Below, one piece after another: positions 1-12,265 of a stretch of DNA of 64,000 nucleotides (positions are counted from its first letter, which is position 1; each line of letters begins with the position of its first letter). The DNA lies in assembly GCA_040954595.2 (NCBI GenBank), contig CM082585.2, positions 1,828,902 through 1,892,901 of the forward strand. Direction: 5' to 3'. The position numbers and the translations under genes are program-made. The DNA is from Balanoglossus misakiensis (Eukaryota; Animalia; Hemichordata). The notes below the pieces were generated by a model, which saw nothing but the letters and a program-made list of their open reading frames with translations, was not told the origin of the DNA and did not search any database.

Positions 1-94
1 GTACATACACTAAATAGAACAGCTGGCCTCTTTAAAACTTAGCCAGTTATGTAATCATTCAGGAATTTGCTGTGTATATAAACAACAAAATAAA

Positions 95-408
95 GTAAAT
101 ACACACCACTTCGCAAAGCAATCTGACCAGTAGTTCTTGGGTTACTGAGTTATGACCAAATTCACATTTTCCATCTAATTTGCATATTTTGGGCAATGAC
201 AATTTCATTTGAACAAACTCCCATCTACAGCCCAGCCTGCATCTGGCACACCAAATATCAAGGTGATACACGCAGTGGTTTTCAAGTTTTTGATGTGGAC
301 GGACATACAGACATACATCCATACATACATACATACATACATAAATACATGCAGACGCAACCGATCCCATAAGGTCCCATGGTATATATGCCTATACCAA
401 TGGGACCT
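95..408 (-). mobile_element. 5' terminus of a related Helentron/HINE copy (continues off the left of the window or is truncated)
   Basis: Reverse complement aligns by eye with 9391-9705: terminal inverted repeat aggtcccat...atgggacct (372-408), (CATA)n microsatellite, shared core 'ggttttcaagtttttgatgtggacggacatacagac'. Flanked by A5 at 409-413 (T5 on the element strand). Confidence 0.85.
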
Positions 409-1263
409 AAAAACCTTGAATCCGCAGGCAGCCCGTTGATATCTGTGAATAAGGAGGGTAGAAATTGTGCAAATTATTTCAAACATCAAAAATGAGTTAA
501 GATGGTGCTGTATATCATGTGTATTACTTTGCATGTTTTTGATACGTTGTGCGTTATTTTGAACGCCTTAAAGGGAAAGTTAAGTCGAACCGATTTAGTA
601 TTATGTGTTAGCAATGGGTTCAGTTATTCAGGGGAATAAACATTTCGCCTTCTCAGACTCATGTGATTTTGCACAAAAAGGGAAAGAGATTCTTCGATAT
701 CAAATGATGTCAGACGTGCTCAGACGGCAGTTACGTTGGCATTCAAATTTCCAGATGACGGGCAACTTCAGCAACGTGGTGCAGACAAATACTGTGCAGA
801 CGAAATGCAATGAGGTTGATGAGGCCCCATACCTGATACATGTTGTGTATTTGGCGGTTATAAAGTAAAAACATACTCCGAAAAACTTTTGCCGAAATAT
901 CTGAAAATGACAACGCCGTGGGTTACATGGCCAGATCACGTGTTTAATAGTAAAGAATTGGCAGAAGATACATTCTAGGGCTACATCAAATTATACTTTT
1001 TGAATCAAAAAGTGCTTTCATGATTTCTATGATAACAAGATGTGAATATTATTATTTGATAACAAATCTCTCCTCACAAAAGAATAGAAAGGTTTGGAGC
1101 ATTATCATTTTGTCAAGTCTGTCCAGAGGCACATACTGCCTTATGATGATTACATAGGCCTAATTAATTAATTTTTTCCTTAAAGGGACAAAGTCTCTCT
1201 CTCGCTGCCCCCTTTCCATTGATTATGTTTGATTCAACACACCCTGTGTATATATAGTGAATC

Positions 1264-1406
1264 AACGTTCGACCACACATGTTTGTAGGATATGAGAGTC
1301 AAAATCTCGCCCAAATGAATAAACGGTAGAGACCGATTATTCATTTTGGCGAGTTTTTCACTCTCGTGTCTGCATGTGGGATGAAAGGTGTGTGTGGTCG
1401 AACGTT
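1264..1406. mobile_element. Palindromic MITE-like / fold-back element (~143 bp)
   Basis: Perfect 16-bp terminal inverted repeat aacgttcgaccacaca / tgtgtggtcgaacgtt, plus an inner ~34-bp imperfect inverted repeat (gagagtcaaaatctcgcccaaatgaataaacggt / accgattattcattttggcgagtttttcactctc). Confidence 0.6.
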
Positions 1407-1410
1407 TAGT

Positions 1411-2117
1411 CAGGTGGAAATTTCAGAAAATGAGCATTTTAAAAGCATGTCAGGCATTTTTTGGTACAAGCTGGGAACAAGTTGTTTTTGGATATTTCGA
1501 ATACGCTGATTTCGAAGTTGCCTGTTCCCAAAAATTCTTTTCACGTTTTCATGTCGAAAATGGCAAATTAATTTGTGACGTCATAATTTCAAAATACCTA
1601 AAAGAAAACGCTGTTTGTAGCCATTATGGCGCAATATCACAGGTCAACACCATAATAGTCTATTGAAATCATATTCTTATATTCATTTAAATATTTTTAA
1701 ACATTTTTTTTAATTTAGAAACATTTTGTGAATTGGTAAATGCTAATTTATGTTAATTAGGTCCAGGTGGAAATTTCAGAAAATGAGCATTTTAAAAGCA
1801 TGTCATTCATTTTTTTGGTACAAGCTGGGAACAAGTTGTTTTTGGATATTTCGAATACGCTGATTTCGAATTTGCCTGTTCCCAAAAATTCTTTTCACGT
1901 TTTCATGTCGAAAATGGCAAATTAATTTGTGACGTCATAATTTCAAAATACCTAAAAGAAAACGCTGTTTGTAGCCATTATGGTGCAATATCACAGGTCA
2001 ACACCATAATAGTCTATTGAAATCATATTCTTATATTCATTTAAATATTTTAAGCATTTTTTTAAATTTAGAAACGTTTGGTGAATTGGTAAAAATGCTA
2101 ATTTATGTTAATTAGGT
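1411..2117. repeat. Tandem duplication, 2 x ~353 bp, near-identical
   Basis: 'caggtggaaatttcagaaaatgagc' starts at 1411 and 1764; both copies end 'tgctaatttatgttaattaggt'. Confidence 0.93.
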
Positions 2118-2854
2118 GACACGCCCATCTAAAATCAATGGTCTACAAAAGAGAGCCAACAGTGTTAATGAGGTGTCTATTGCAATGTTTTCAGGGTCAA
2201 GGAATTCAAATATGCAATCGATTACCTTGTCAGACAAGGTGCAGCATGGAAAATATGCAAAATTAGCTCAATTACTCACGATGTCATGCTAAAATTGACA
2301 ATTGAAAGCTAATGATACGACTATGGCCTGTGAGGTGTCTATTCACATGTTTTTTGGCAAATGTTTGCATTTTAATGAATAACTGAAATGAAACTTTTCA
2401 TATTTGTATGTAATAGCATTTAAAAAACAACAAAAAACAAACAAAGAAACATACACAACGAGGATTTAGTTTAGACTGTACATGCTCGTTGGTAACATCG
2501 TGACCGATCGCTCCGTTAAAAAAACACCAGAACATTGAACGTATGAACGTTTAGGTCCACAACTCACAAGTTATTGAACTATGAATGTATGTTCAATGTT
2601 GTGAAAAGCCAAAAACATACTTTTTGCCAACAAAACTGGCATTTGTTAACGTACAAGTTGTTCATTAATAGCGAAAGCATCGTATGGCCACACTCACATT
2701 ATGCCAGCACCGTATATTCATGCTTAGTTATAAGACGTTGAATGCACACTGTCACTGATGGCACATATCTGTTTTCGATTGAAATCATTCTCGATTTTCG
2801 TATATGTAATTCTTTCGATTTGACATTTTGTATTTGTATTTATGTTTCAGTTTT

Positions 2855-3070
2855 TACGGTTTACGGTTTACTCGGTCTATACCATTCGGTCTTGGTCTAT
2901 TCGAGACAAGGTCTATTACGGTCTAAGACTATTCGGTTTACTCGGTCTTTTCGTACCACGGTTTATTCGGTCTATTCGAATCAGTCTCGGTCATTCTCGA
3001 GGTCTATTTGGCCTATTCGCATCGAGGTCTGCGCACATCTCGTCTTTCGAAGTCTTTCGACTATTGTGTA
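2855..3070. repeat. Degenerate CpG-rich short-period repeat (ggtctattc / tactcggt motifs)
   Basis: Many variants of (c)ggtctatt(c) and ggtttactcggtc at irregular ~10-20 bp spacing. Confidence 0.5.
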
Positions 3071-3199
3071 CAGTCTCGTACGGTCGCTTTCGGCGATCGC
3101 TCGATCGATTTATCGATAATAAACCGAAGACCCGTATATGGAAACTCGACTCTGACTTTTGAATATTACGGAAAAGCTTTGGCGGTCACAGGGGGGCAT

Positions 3200-3493
3200 A
3201 TACGGATGGGACCATAATGATATACCAAAGGCGGGGTCACCTGTTGCACCTGCCTAAGTCATTGATTTTGTACATTTAATTGGACACTAACCAACAGGGC
3301 GATAGGTGTGGTTTTTGTTCCACAGGGACGAATGTAAGTGTCAGTTGGTTTTTGCCCAAATGTATAAGGTGATTTTGATGACCTCTGTCATACAGTGCCA
3401 TATCTCATCCCGTTGTACAGGTGCAGCTTTGGTATTTGGAGGGATGAAACTATCATGAAATACCAAATACAGGGGGATACCTTTGACACCTGC
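3200..3493 (+). mobile_element. Diverged copy of the Helentron internal 239-bp repeat unit (Helentron/HINE remnant)
   Basis: Collinear shared blocks with 10168-10428: ggggtcacctg..cacctgc, ctaaccaa, ggtttttgtt, ttgcccaaat, tgacct, tttggaggg. A second unit start (gggggatacctttgacacctgc) lies ~240 bp after the first. Confidence 0.75.
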
Positions 3494-6400
3494 CATGATT
3501 TTTTTCAAAAATCGATGAAATTTTGAGATTTTGCAAAGTCGAAAATTTGTCATTTTTTGATGATTTTCCCCCATGTTTTTTTTCAAAAATCGACGAAATT
3601 TTGAGATTTTGCAGTCAAAAATTTGTCATTTTTTGATGATTTTCACCCATATTATTTTTCAAAAACCGACGAAATTTTGAGATTTTGCAAAGACGAAAAT
3701 TTGTCATTTTTTGATGATTTTCACCCATGATTTTTTCATAAATTGACGAAATTTTGAGATTTTGCAAAGTCGAAAATTTGTCATTTTTTGATGATTTTCA
3801 CCCATGATTTTTTTCAAAAATCGACGAAATGTTGAGATTTTGCAAAGTCGAAAATTTGTCATTTTTTGATGATTTTCACCCATGATTTTTTTCAAAAATC
3901 GACGAAATGTTGAGATTTTGCAAAGTCGAAAATTTGTCATTTTTTAATGATTTTCACCTATGATTTTTTTCAAAAATCGACGAAATGTTGAGATTTTGCA
4001 GTCGAAAATTTGTCATTTTTGATGATTTTTACCCATGATTTTTTTTCAAAAATGGACGAAATTTTGAGCATTTGCAAAGTCGAAAATTTGTCATTTTTTG
4101 ATGATTTTCACCCATGATTTTTTTCAAAAATCGACGAAATGTTGAGTTTTTGCAAAGTCGAAAATTTGTCATTTTTTGATGATTTTCACCCATGATTTTT
4201 TTCAAAAATCGACGAAATGTTGAGATTTTGCAGTCGAAAATTTGTCATTTTTGATGATTTTTACCCATGATTTTTTTTCAAAAATGGACGAAATTTTGAG
4301 CATTTGCAAAGTCGAAAATTTGTCATTTTTTGATGATTTTCACCTATGATTTTTTTCAAAAATCGACGAAATGTTGAGATTTTGCAAAGTCGAAAATTTG
4401 TCATTTTTTGATGATTTTCACCCATGATTTTTTTCAAAAATCGACGAAATGTTGAGATTTTGCGTCGAAAATTTGTCATTTTTTAATGATTTTCCCCCAT
4501 GTTTTTTTTCAAAAATCGACGAAATTTTGAGATTTTGCAGTCAAAAATTTGTCATTTTTTGATGATTTTCACCTATGATTTTTTTCAAAAATCGACGAAA
4601 TGTTGAGATTTTGCAAAGTCGAAAATTTGTCATTTTTTGATGATTTTCACCCATGATTTTTTCATAAATTGACGAAATTTTGAGATTTTGCAAAGTCGAA
4701 AATTTGTCATTTTTTGATGATTTTCACCCATGATTTTTTTCAAAAATCGACGAAATGTTGAGATTTTGCAAAGTCGAAAATTTGTCATTTTTTGATGATT
4801 TTCACCCATGATTTTTTTCAAAAATCGACGAAATGTTGAGATTTTGCAGTCGAAAATTTGTCATTTTTAATGATTTTCCCCCATGTTTTTTTTCACAAAT
4901 CGACGAAATTTTGAGATTTTGCAGTCAAAAATTTGTCATTTTTTGATGATTTTCACCTATGATTTTTTTCAAAAATCGACGAAATGTTGAGATTTTGCAA
5001 AGTCGAAAATTTGTCATTTTTTGATGATTTTCACCCATGATTTTTTTCAAAAATCGACGAAATGTTGAGATTTTACAGTCGTAAATTTGTCATTTTTTGA
5101 TGATTTTTACCCATGATTTTTTTTCAAAAATGGACGAAATTTTGAGCTTTTGCAAAGTCGAAAATTTGTCATTTTTTTTATTATTTTCACCTATGATTTT
5201 TTTCAAAAATCGACGAAATTTTGAGATTTTGCAAAGACGAAAATTTGTCATTTTTTGATGATTTTCACCCATGATTTTTTCATAAATTGACGAAATTTTG
5301 AGATTTTGCAAAGTCGAAAATTTGTCATTTTTTGATGATTTTCACCCATGATTTTTTTCAAAAATCGACGAAATGTTGAGATTTTGCAAAGTCGAAAATT
5401 TGTCATTTTTTGATGATTTTCACCCATGATTTTTTTCAAAAATCGACGAAATGTTGAGATTTTGCAAAGTCGAAAATTTGTCATTTTTTGATGATTTTCA
5501 CCCATGATTTTTTTCAAAAATCGACGAAATGTTGAGATTTTGCAGTCGAAAATTTGTCATTTTTGATGATTTTTACCCATGATTTTTTTTCAAAAATGGA
5601 CGAAATTTTGAGCATTTGCAAAGTCGAAAATTTGTCATTTTTTGATGATTTTCACCCATGATTTTTTTCAAAAATCGACGAAATGTTGAGTTTTTGCAAA
5701 GTCGAAAATTTGTCATTTTTTGATGATTTTCACCCATGATTTTTTTCAAAAATCGACGAAATGTTGAGATTTTGCAGTCGAAAATTTGTCATTTTTTGAT
5801 GGTTTTCCCCCATGTTTTTTTTCAAAAATCGACGAAATTTTGAGATTTTGCAGTCAAAAATTTGTCATTTTTTGATGATTTTCACCCATATTATTTTTCA
5901 AAAACCGACGAAATTTTGAGATTTTGCAAAGACGAAAATTTGTCATTTTTTGATGATTTTCACCCATGATTTTTTCATAAATTGACGAAATTTTGAGATT
6001 TTGCAAAGTCGAAAATTTGTCATTTTTTGATGATTTTCACCCATGATTTTTTTCAAAAATCGACGAAATGTTGAGATTTTGCAAAGTCGAAAATTTGTCA
6101 TTTTTTGATGATTTTCACCCATGATTTTTTTCAAAAATCGACGAAATGTTGAGATTTTGCAAAGTCGAAAATTTGTCATTTTTTGATGATTTTCACCCAT
6201 GATTTTTTTCAAAAATCGACGAAATGTTGAGATTTTGCAGTCGGAAATTTGTCATTTTTGATGATTTTTACCCATGATTTTTTTTCAAAAATGGACGAAA
6301 TTTTGAGCATTTGCAAAGTCGAAAATTTGTCATTTTTTGATGATTTTCACCCATGATTTTTTTCAAAAATCGACGAAATGTTGAGTTTTTGCAAAGTCGA

Positions 6401-9390
6401 AAATTTGTCATTTTTTGATGATTTTCACCCATGATTTTTTTCAAAAATCGACGAAATGTTGAGATTTTGCAGTCGAAAATTTGTCATTTTTGATGATTTT
6501 TACCCATGATTTTTTTTCAAAAATGGACGAAATTTTGAGCATTTGCAAAGTCGAAAATTTGTCATTTTTTGATGATTTTCACCTATGATTTTTTTCAAAA
6601 ATGGACGAAATGTTGAGATTTTGCAAAGTCGAAAATTTGTCATTTTTTGATGATTTTCACCCATGATTTTTTTCAAAAATCGACGAAATGTTGAGATTTT
6701 GCAGTCGAAAATTTGTCATTTTTTAATGATTTTCCCCCATGTTTTTTTTCAAAAATCGACGAAATTTTGAGATTTTGCAGTCAAAAATTTGTCATTTTTT
6801 GATGATTTTCACCTATGATTTTTTTCAAAAATCGACGAAATGTTGAGATTTTGCAAAGTCGAAAATTTGTCATTTTTTGATGATTTTCACCCATGATTTT
6901 TTTCAAAAATCGACGAAATGTTGAGATTTTACAGTCGTAAATTTGTCATTTTTTGATGATTTTTACCCATGATTTTTTTTCAAAAATGGACGAAATTTTG
7001 AGCTTTTTCAAAGTCGAAATTTTGTCATTTTTTGATGATTTTCACCTATGATTTTTTTCAAAAATCGACGAAATGTTGAGATTTTGCAAAGTCGAACATT
7101 TGTCATTTTTTGATGATTTTCACCCATGATTTTTTTCAAAAATCGACGAAATTTTGAGATTTTGCAAAGTCGCAAATTTGTCATTTGTTGATGATTTTCA
7201 TCCATGATTTTTTTTTAAAAATCGACGAAATTTTGAAATTTTGCAAAGTCGAAAATTTGTCATTTTTTGATGATTTTCACCAATGTTGTTTTTAAAAAAT
7301 CGACGAACCCATGATTTTTTTCAAAATCGACGAAATTTTGAGATTTTGCAAAGTCGAAAATTTGTCATTTTTTGATGATTTTCAACCATTATTTTTTTTC
7401 AAAAATCGACGAAATTTTGAGATTTTGCAAAGTCGAAAATTTGTCATTTTTTGACGATTTTCCCCAATGATTTTTTTCAAAAATCGACGAAATTTTGAGA
7501 TTTTGCAAAGTCGAAAATTTGTCATTTTTTGATGATTTTCACCCATGTTTTTTTTAAAAAAATCGACGAACCTATGATTTTTTTCAAAATCGACGAAATT
7601 TTGAGATTTTGCAAAGTCGAAAATTTGACATTTTTTGATGATTTTCAACCTTTATTTTCTTTCAAAAATCGACGAAATTTTGAGATTTTGCAAAGTCGAA
7701 AATTTGTCATTTTTTGATGATTTTCAACCATTATTTTTTTTCAAAAATCGACGAAATTTTGAGATTTTGCAAAGTCGAAAATTTGTCATTTTTTGATGAT
7801 TTTCCCCAATGATTTTTTTCAAAAATCGACGAAATTTTGAGATTTTGCAAAGTCGAAAATTTGTCATTTTTTGATTATTTTCCCCAATGATTTTTTTCAA
7901 AAATCGACGAAATTTTGAGATTTTGCAAAGTCGAAAATTTGTCATTTTTTGATGATTTTCACCCATGTTTTTTTAAAAAAAATCGACGAACCTATGATTT
8001 TTTTCAAAATCGACGAAATTTTGTGATTTTGCAAACTCGAAAATTTTGTCATTTTTTGATGATTTTCACCTATGATTTTTTTTCAAAAATCGACGAAATT
8101 TTGAGATTTTGCAAAGTCGAAAATTTGTCATTTTTTGATGATTTTCACCCATGATTTTTTTCAAAAATCGACGAAATGTTGAGATTTTGCAGTCGAAAAT
8201 TTGTCATTTTTTGATGATTTTTACCCATGATTTTTTTTCAAAAATGGACGAAATTTTGAGCTTTTGCAAAGTCGAAAATTTGTCATTTTTTGATGATTTT
8301 CACCTATGATTTTTTTCAAAAATCGACGAAATGTTGAGATTTTGCAAAGTCGAAAATTTGTCATTTTTTGATGATTTTCACCCATGATTTTTTTCAAAAA
8401 TCGACGAAATTTTGAGATTTTGCAAAGTCGAAAATTTGTCATTTGTTGATGATTTTCATCCATGATTTTTTTTTAAAAATCGACGAAATTTTGAGATTTT
8501 GCAAAGTCGAAAATTTGTCATTTTTTGATGATTTTCACCAATGTTGTTTTTAAAAAATCGACGAACCCATGATTTTTTTCAAAATCGACGAAATTTTGAG
8601 ATTTTGCAAAGTCGAAAATTTGTCATTTTTTGATGATTTTCACCCATGATTTTTTTCAAAAATCGACGAAATTTTGAGATTTTGCAAAGTCGAAAATTTG
8701 TCATTTTTTGATGATTTTCCCCAATGATTTTTTTCAAAAATCGACGAAATTTTGAGATTTTGCAAAGTCAAAAATTTGTCATTTTTTGATGATTTTCACC
8801 CATGTTTTTTTTAAAAAAATCGACGAACCTATGATTTTTTTCAAAATCGACGAAATTGTGTGATTTTGCAAACTCGAAAATTTTGTCATTTTTTGATGAT
8901 TTTCAACCATGATTTTTTTTCAAAAATCGACGAAATTTTGAGATTTTGCAAAGTCGAAAGTTTTGTCATTTTTTGATGATTTTCACCCATGATTTTTTCA
9001 AAAATTGATGAAATTTTGAGATTTTGCAAAGTCGAAAATTTGTCATTTTTTGATGATTTTCACCCATGTTTTTTTAAAAAAAATCGACGAACCTATGATT
9101 TTTTTCAAAATCGACGAAATTTTGTGATTTTGCAAACTCGAAAATTTTGTCATTTTTTGATGATTTTCACCTATGATTTTTTTTCAAAAATCGACGAAAT
9201 TTTGAGATTTTGCAAAGTCGAAAATTTGTCATTTTTTGATGATTTTCACCCATGATTTTTTTCAAAAATCGACGAAATGTTGAGATTTTGCAGTCGAAAA
9301 TTTGTCATTTTTTGATGATTTTTACCCATGATTTTTTTTCAAAAATGGACGAAATTTTGAGATTTTGCAGTCAAAAATTTGTCATTTTTT
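3494..9390. repeat. 78-bp satellite DNA array, segment 1
   Basis: Consensus ccatgatttttttcaaaaatcgacgaaattttgagattttgcaaagtcgaaaatttgtcattttttgatgattttcac (78 nt), matching the 26-aa periodicity of spurious ORFs. 76-bp variants and ~28-bp partial units are interspersed. Confidence 0.98.
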
Positions 9391-9427
9391 AGGTCCCATT
9401 GGTATAGGCCTATATACCATGGGACCT
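9391..9427 (+). repeat. Helentron 5' subterminal inverted repeat / hairpin
   Basis: aggtcccattggtata-ggcc-tatataccatgggacct folds into a long imperfect stem. Confidence 0.9.
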
Positions 9428-9445
9428 TATGGGATGGGTTGCGTC

Positions 9446-9502
9446 TGTATGTATGTATGGATGGATGTATGGATGTATGGATGTATGTCTGTATGTCCGT
9501 CC
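9446..9502 (+). repeat. (GTAT/GGAT/GTCY)n microsatellite near the Helentron 5' end
   Basis: gtatgtatgtatggatggatgtatggatgtatggatgtatgtctgtatgtccgtcc; same position as the microsatellite of DINE-1/HINE elements. Confidence 0.85.
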
Positions 9503-9929
9503 ACATCAAAAACTTGAAAACCGCTGCGCGTATCACCTCAATATTTGGTGTGTAGGTGCAGGCTGGGCTGTGGATTGGAGTTTGTCCAAACGAAGTTGCC
9601 AGGCCCAAAAATATGCAAATTAGCTGGTAAAATGTGGAATTGATCAAAACTCTGTAAGTCAACAATTACTGGTCAGATTGCTTTGAAAATTGGTATGCAT
9701 GTACCATATGTCAACCTCACACCGACCTTTTAGTGTTAAGTTGATATCATGGATGTTTTATTTTTAAAGATTTTTTATTCTTTTTATTAAATTTATACCT
9801 TTACTTATACCTCTATGGTTAAGCTATGTCCACGTCTTATTGTGGGATTCTGGTCTGTGCAATAGTCCTGTACAGTGATTGTCTATTGGTCAGTGAGCAC
9901 AATGGGGCCAAAATAAAAGGGAAATTTTT

Positions 9930-10878
9930 GGGCTCACCTGTAACACCTGCTTAACACATTAATTATGTGCATACCTAATTCCGGGCTAACTAATAGGGCT
10001 AGAGGTTTTGTTCTGGTGGGACATGGACCAGTATAGGGTCAAAATTTCTTGCCCAAATTTTGGGTGACCTCAGGTGACCTTTGACCTACTTTCCTATATC
10101 TCGGCATCCAGAGCAGGTACAGAGTTGGCGTTTGGAGGGTTGGGACTGAAATTGAAAAGCCGAAATTGGGGGTCACCTGTGACACCTGCATATCTCATTA
10201 ATTATGTGCATACCTAATTCCAGGCTAACCAATAAGGCTATAGGTTCGGTTTTTGTTGAACATGGACCAGTATAGGGTCAAAATTTCTTGCCCAAATTTT
10301 GCATGACCTCAGGTGACCTTTGACCTACATTACCAAATCTTGACATCCAGAGCAGGCACAGACTTGGCGTTTGGAGGGTTGGGACTAAAATTGAAAAGCC
10401 GCAATTGGGGGTCACCTGTGACACCTGCATATCTCATTAATTATGTGCATACCTAATTCCAGGCTAACCAATAAGGCTATAGGTTCGGTTTTTGTTGAAC
10501 ATGGACCAGTATAGGGTCAAAATTTCTTGCCCAAATTTTGCATGACCTCAGGTGACCTTTGACCTACATTACCATATCTTGACATCCAGAGCAGGTACAG
10601 ACTTGGCGTTTGGAGGGTTGGCACTAAAATTGAAAAGCCGCAATTGGGGGTCACCTGTGACACCTGCATATCTCATTAATTATGTGCATACCTAATTCCA
10701 GGCTAACCAATAAGGCTATAGGTTTGGTTTTTATTGAACATGGACCAGTATTAGGTCAAAATTTCTTGCCCAAATTTTGCATGACCTCAGGTGACCTTTG
10801 ACCTACTTTATCATATCTTGGCATCCAGAGCAGGTACAGACTTCGCGTTTGGAGGGTTGGGACTGAAATTGAAAAGCC
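9930..10878. repeat. Helentron internal tandem repeat, ~4 x 239 bp
   Basis: 'tcacctg' anchor at 9934, 10173, 10412 and 10651 (period 239); first unit most diverged. Confidence 0.95.
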
Positions 10879-12220
10879 TGTGACCGACATGTAAGTGTTC
10901 AGTTGATATCATGGATGTTTTATTTTTTATGAATTTTTTCGTCTTTGTCAATATTTTAGGTGAAAACAAATTTTTCTGAAAGTTATGGGTCAATGGCTTT
11001 AAAATTTAGAATGAAGCTTGGTATACTGAAAGGCAATTGAGGTCATTTTGGGGCAATTTGTTGCATAATTTGCATATTTGTAATTTTGGGGATATTTGGT
11101 CAAAATTCATTTCAAGTTAAGGTGTCGTGAAAGTATGGTGACATTCCCATAATTGTGTTCTTGGTGCATTTTTTGCAATTTTTTGCCAAAAATTGGTTTC
11201 TATGAATCCACTTGGCAGATTGCTGTGCATGTTGTAGGCATATTTCTTATGGTGACTGAAGTAAGACATTGTACTGTGCTGTGGATATTTGCATATTTCT
11301 GGTTTTGCCTCTATGAACAAATCCAGTGCTTTGAAAGGTACTCTTTACATGAGGACACTTTGGTTTGTCCATTTTAGCTGTTTGCCTTTCTGTTTCATCG
11401 TTTTTGTGTAATCTATTCCCTGATACACCCAGTCCTAAGTGCAATCTCTCCTAGAGTGTACATGAGCTGATTATGTCACAGTTATATTTGTGTATCGAAA
11501 TAACCTTGGGGCAGTGTAGCACACACCATACTTATGTAGGTGTAGCAGCATTGGAAAGACTGCTTGATTTTCTGTAGTTGAAAGAACACACAGGAGTAGC
11601 TCAAAACATGTGTTGGCATTATTGTAATAACTTTAGATCTGTTGCTATCTAAACATATTGTTTGCACTATTGCACTATATTATTGTTGACAAACCTCTCA
11701 ACGTAAGGCGGTGCCAGTATACCCTATGCTGTAATTGCGGATTCCAAATTCTTGGCTGTTATCTGCTGACTTTGAACCCCAAAGTATCAAGCTACTGTTG
11801 CCAGCAATGTGAGGGAGTAGTGGCAGTGCCAGGAACAGCCTAATGAGCAGCCACTTCCTGTCATTGTTTTGGAACAGTTAGAGACTTAACCAGCTCTTGA
11901 AGAATCACTTTTTATCAAATTGCAGGTAATTATATTACATATTCTATTTTTCAGCTGAAGTTTTTCATAGTGTTTCTCTATTTTGGAAGTCCTAGAACAT
12001 GTGATGGTCATATTGATGTTGTAGTTTCAATTACTCCTATAAAAATGATGGAAATATATGTTGTGTGAGTATGTTAAAATTAAGCAATTGTACATGTTAC
12101 ATTTTTGCCAGGCTTTTACTTGCATATTATCTAGGCAGTTTCAAGTTGTCTAACCAATGATGTTAAAATGCTGTTATTGATATTATCACATTCTTGTCTT
12201 TTGCTACTAAGGTCAGAATT

Positions 12221-12265
12221 ATGCCAAGGAAAAAGAATTGGAGAAAATCAGCTGTGAAAAAATCG
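12221..12265 (+). CDS. Predicted first coding exon of the Helentron polyprotein (MPRKKNWRKSAVKKS)
   Basis: ATG at 12221, 15 codons, then donor GTATGT at 12266 (phase 0). Compatible with the phase-0 acceptor tttttaaacAG at 13340-13341. Basic NLS-like peptide. Confidence 0.6.

Noticed and set aside
59-939. Short ORFs at the window start
   Set aside because: They overlap the microsatellite-bearing Helentron terminus or lack any domain signal.
3494-9390. CRISPR-like regular repeats
   Set aside because: Contiguous tandem monomers without unique spacers, no cas genes, eukaryotic context with spliceosomal introns.
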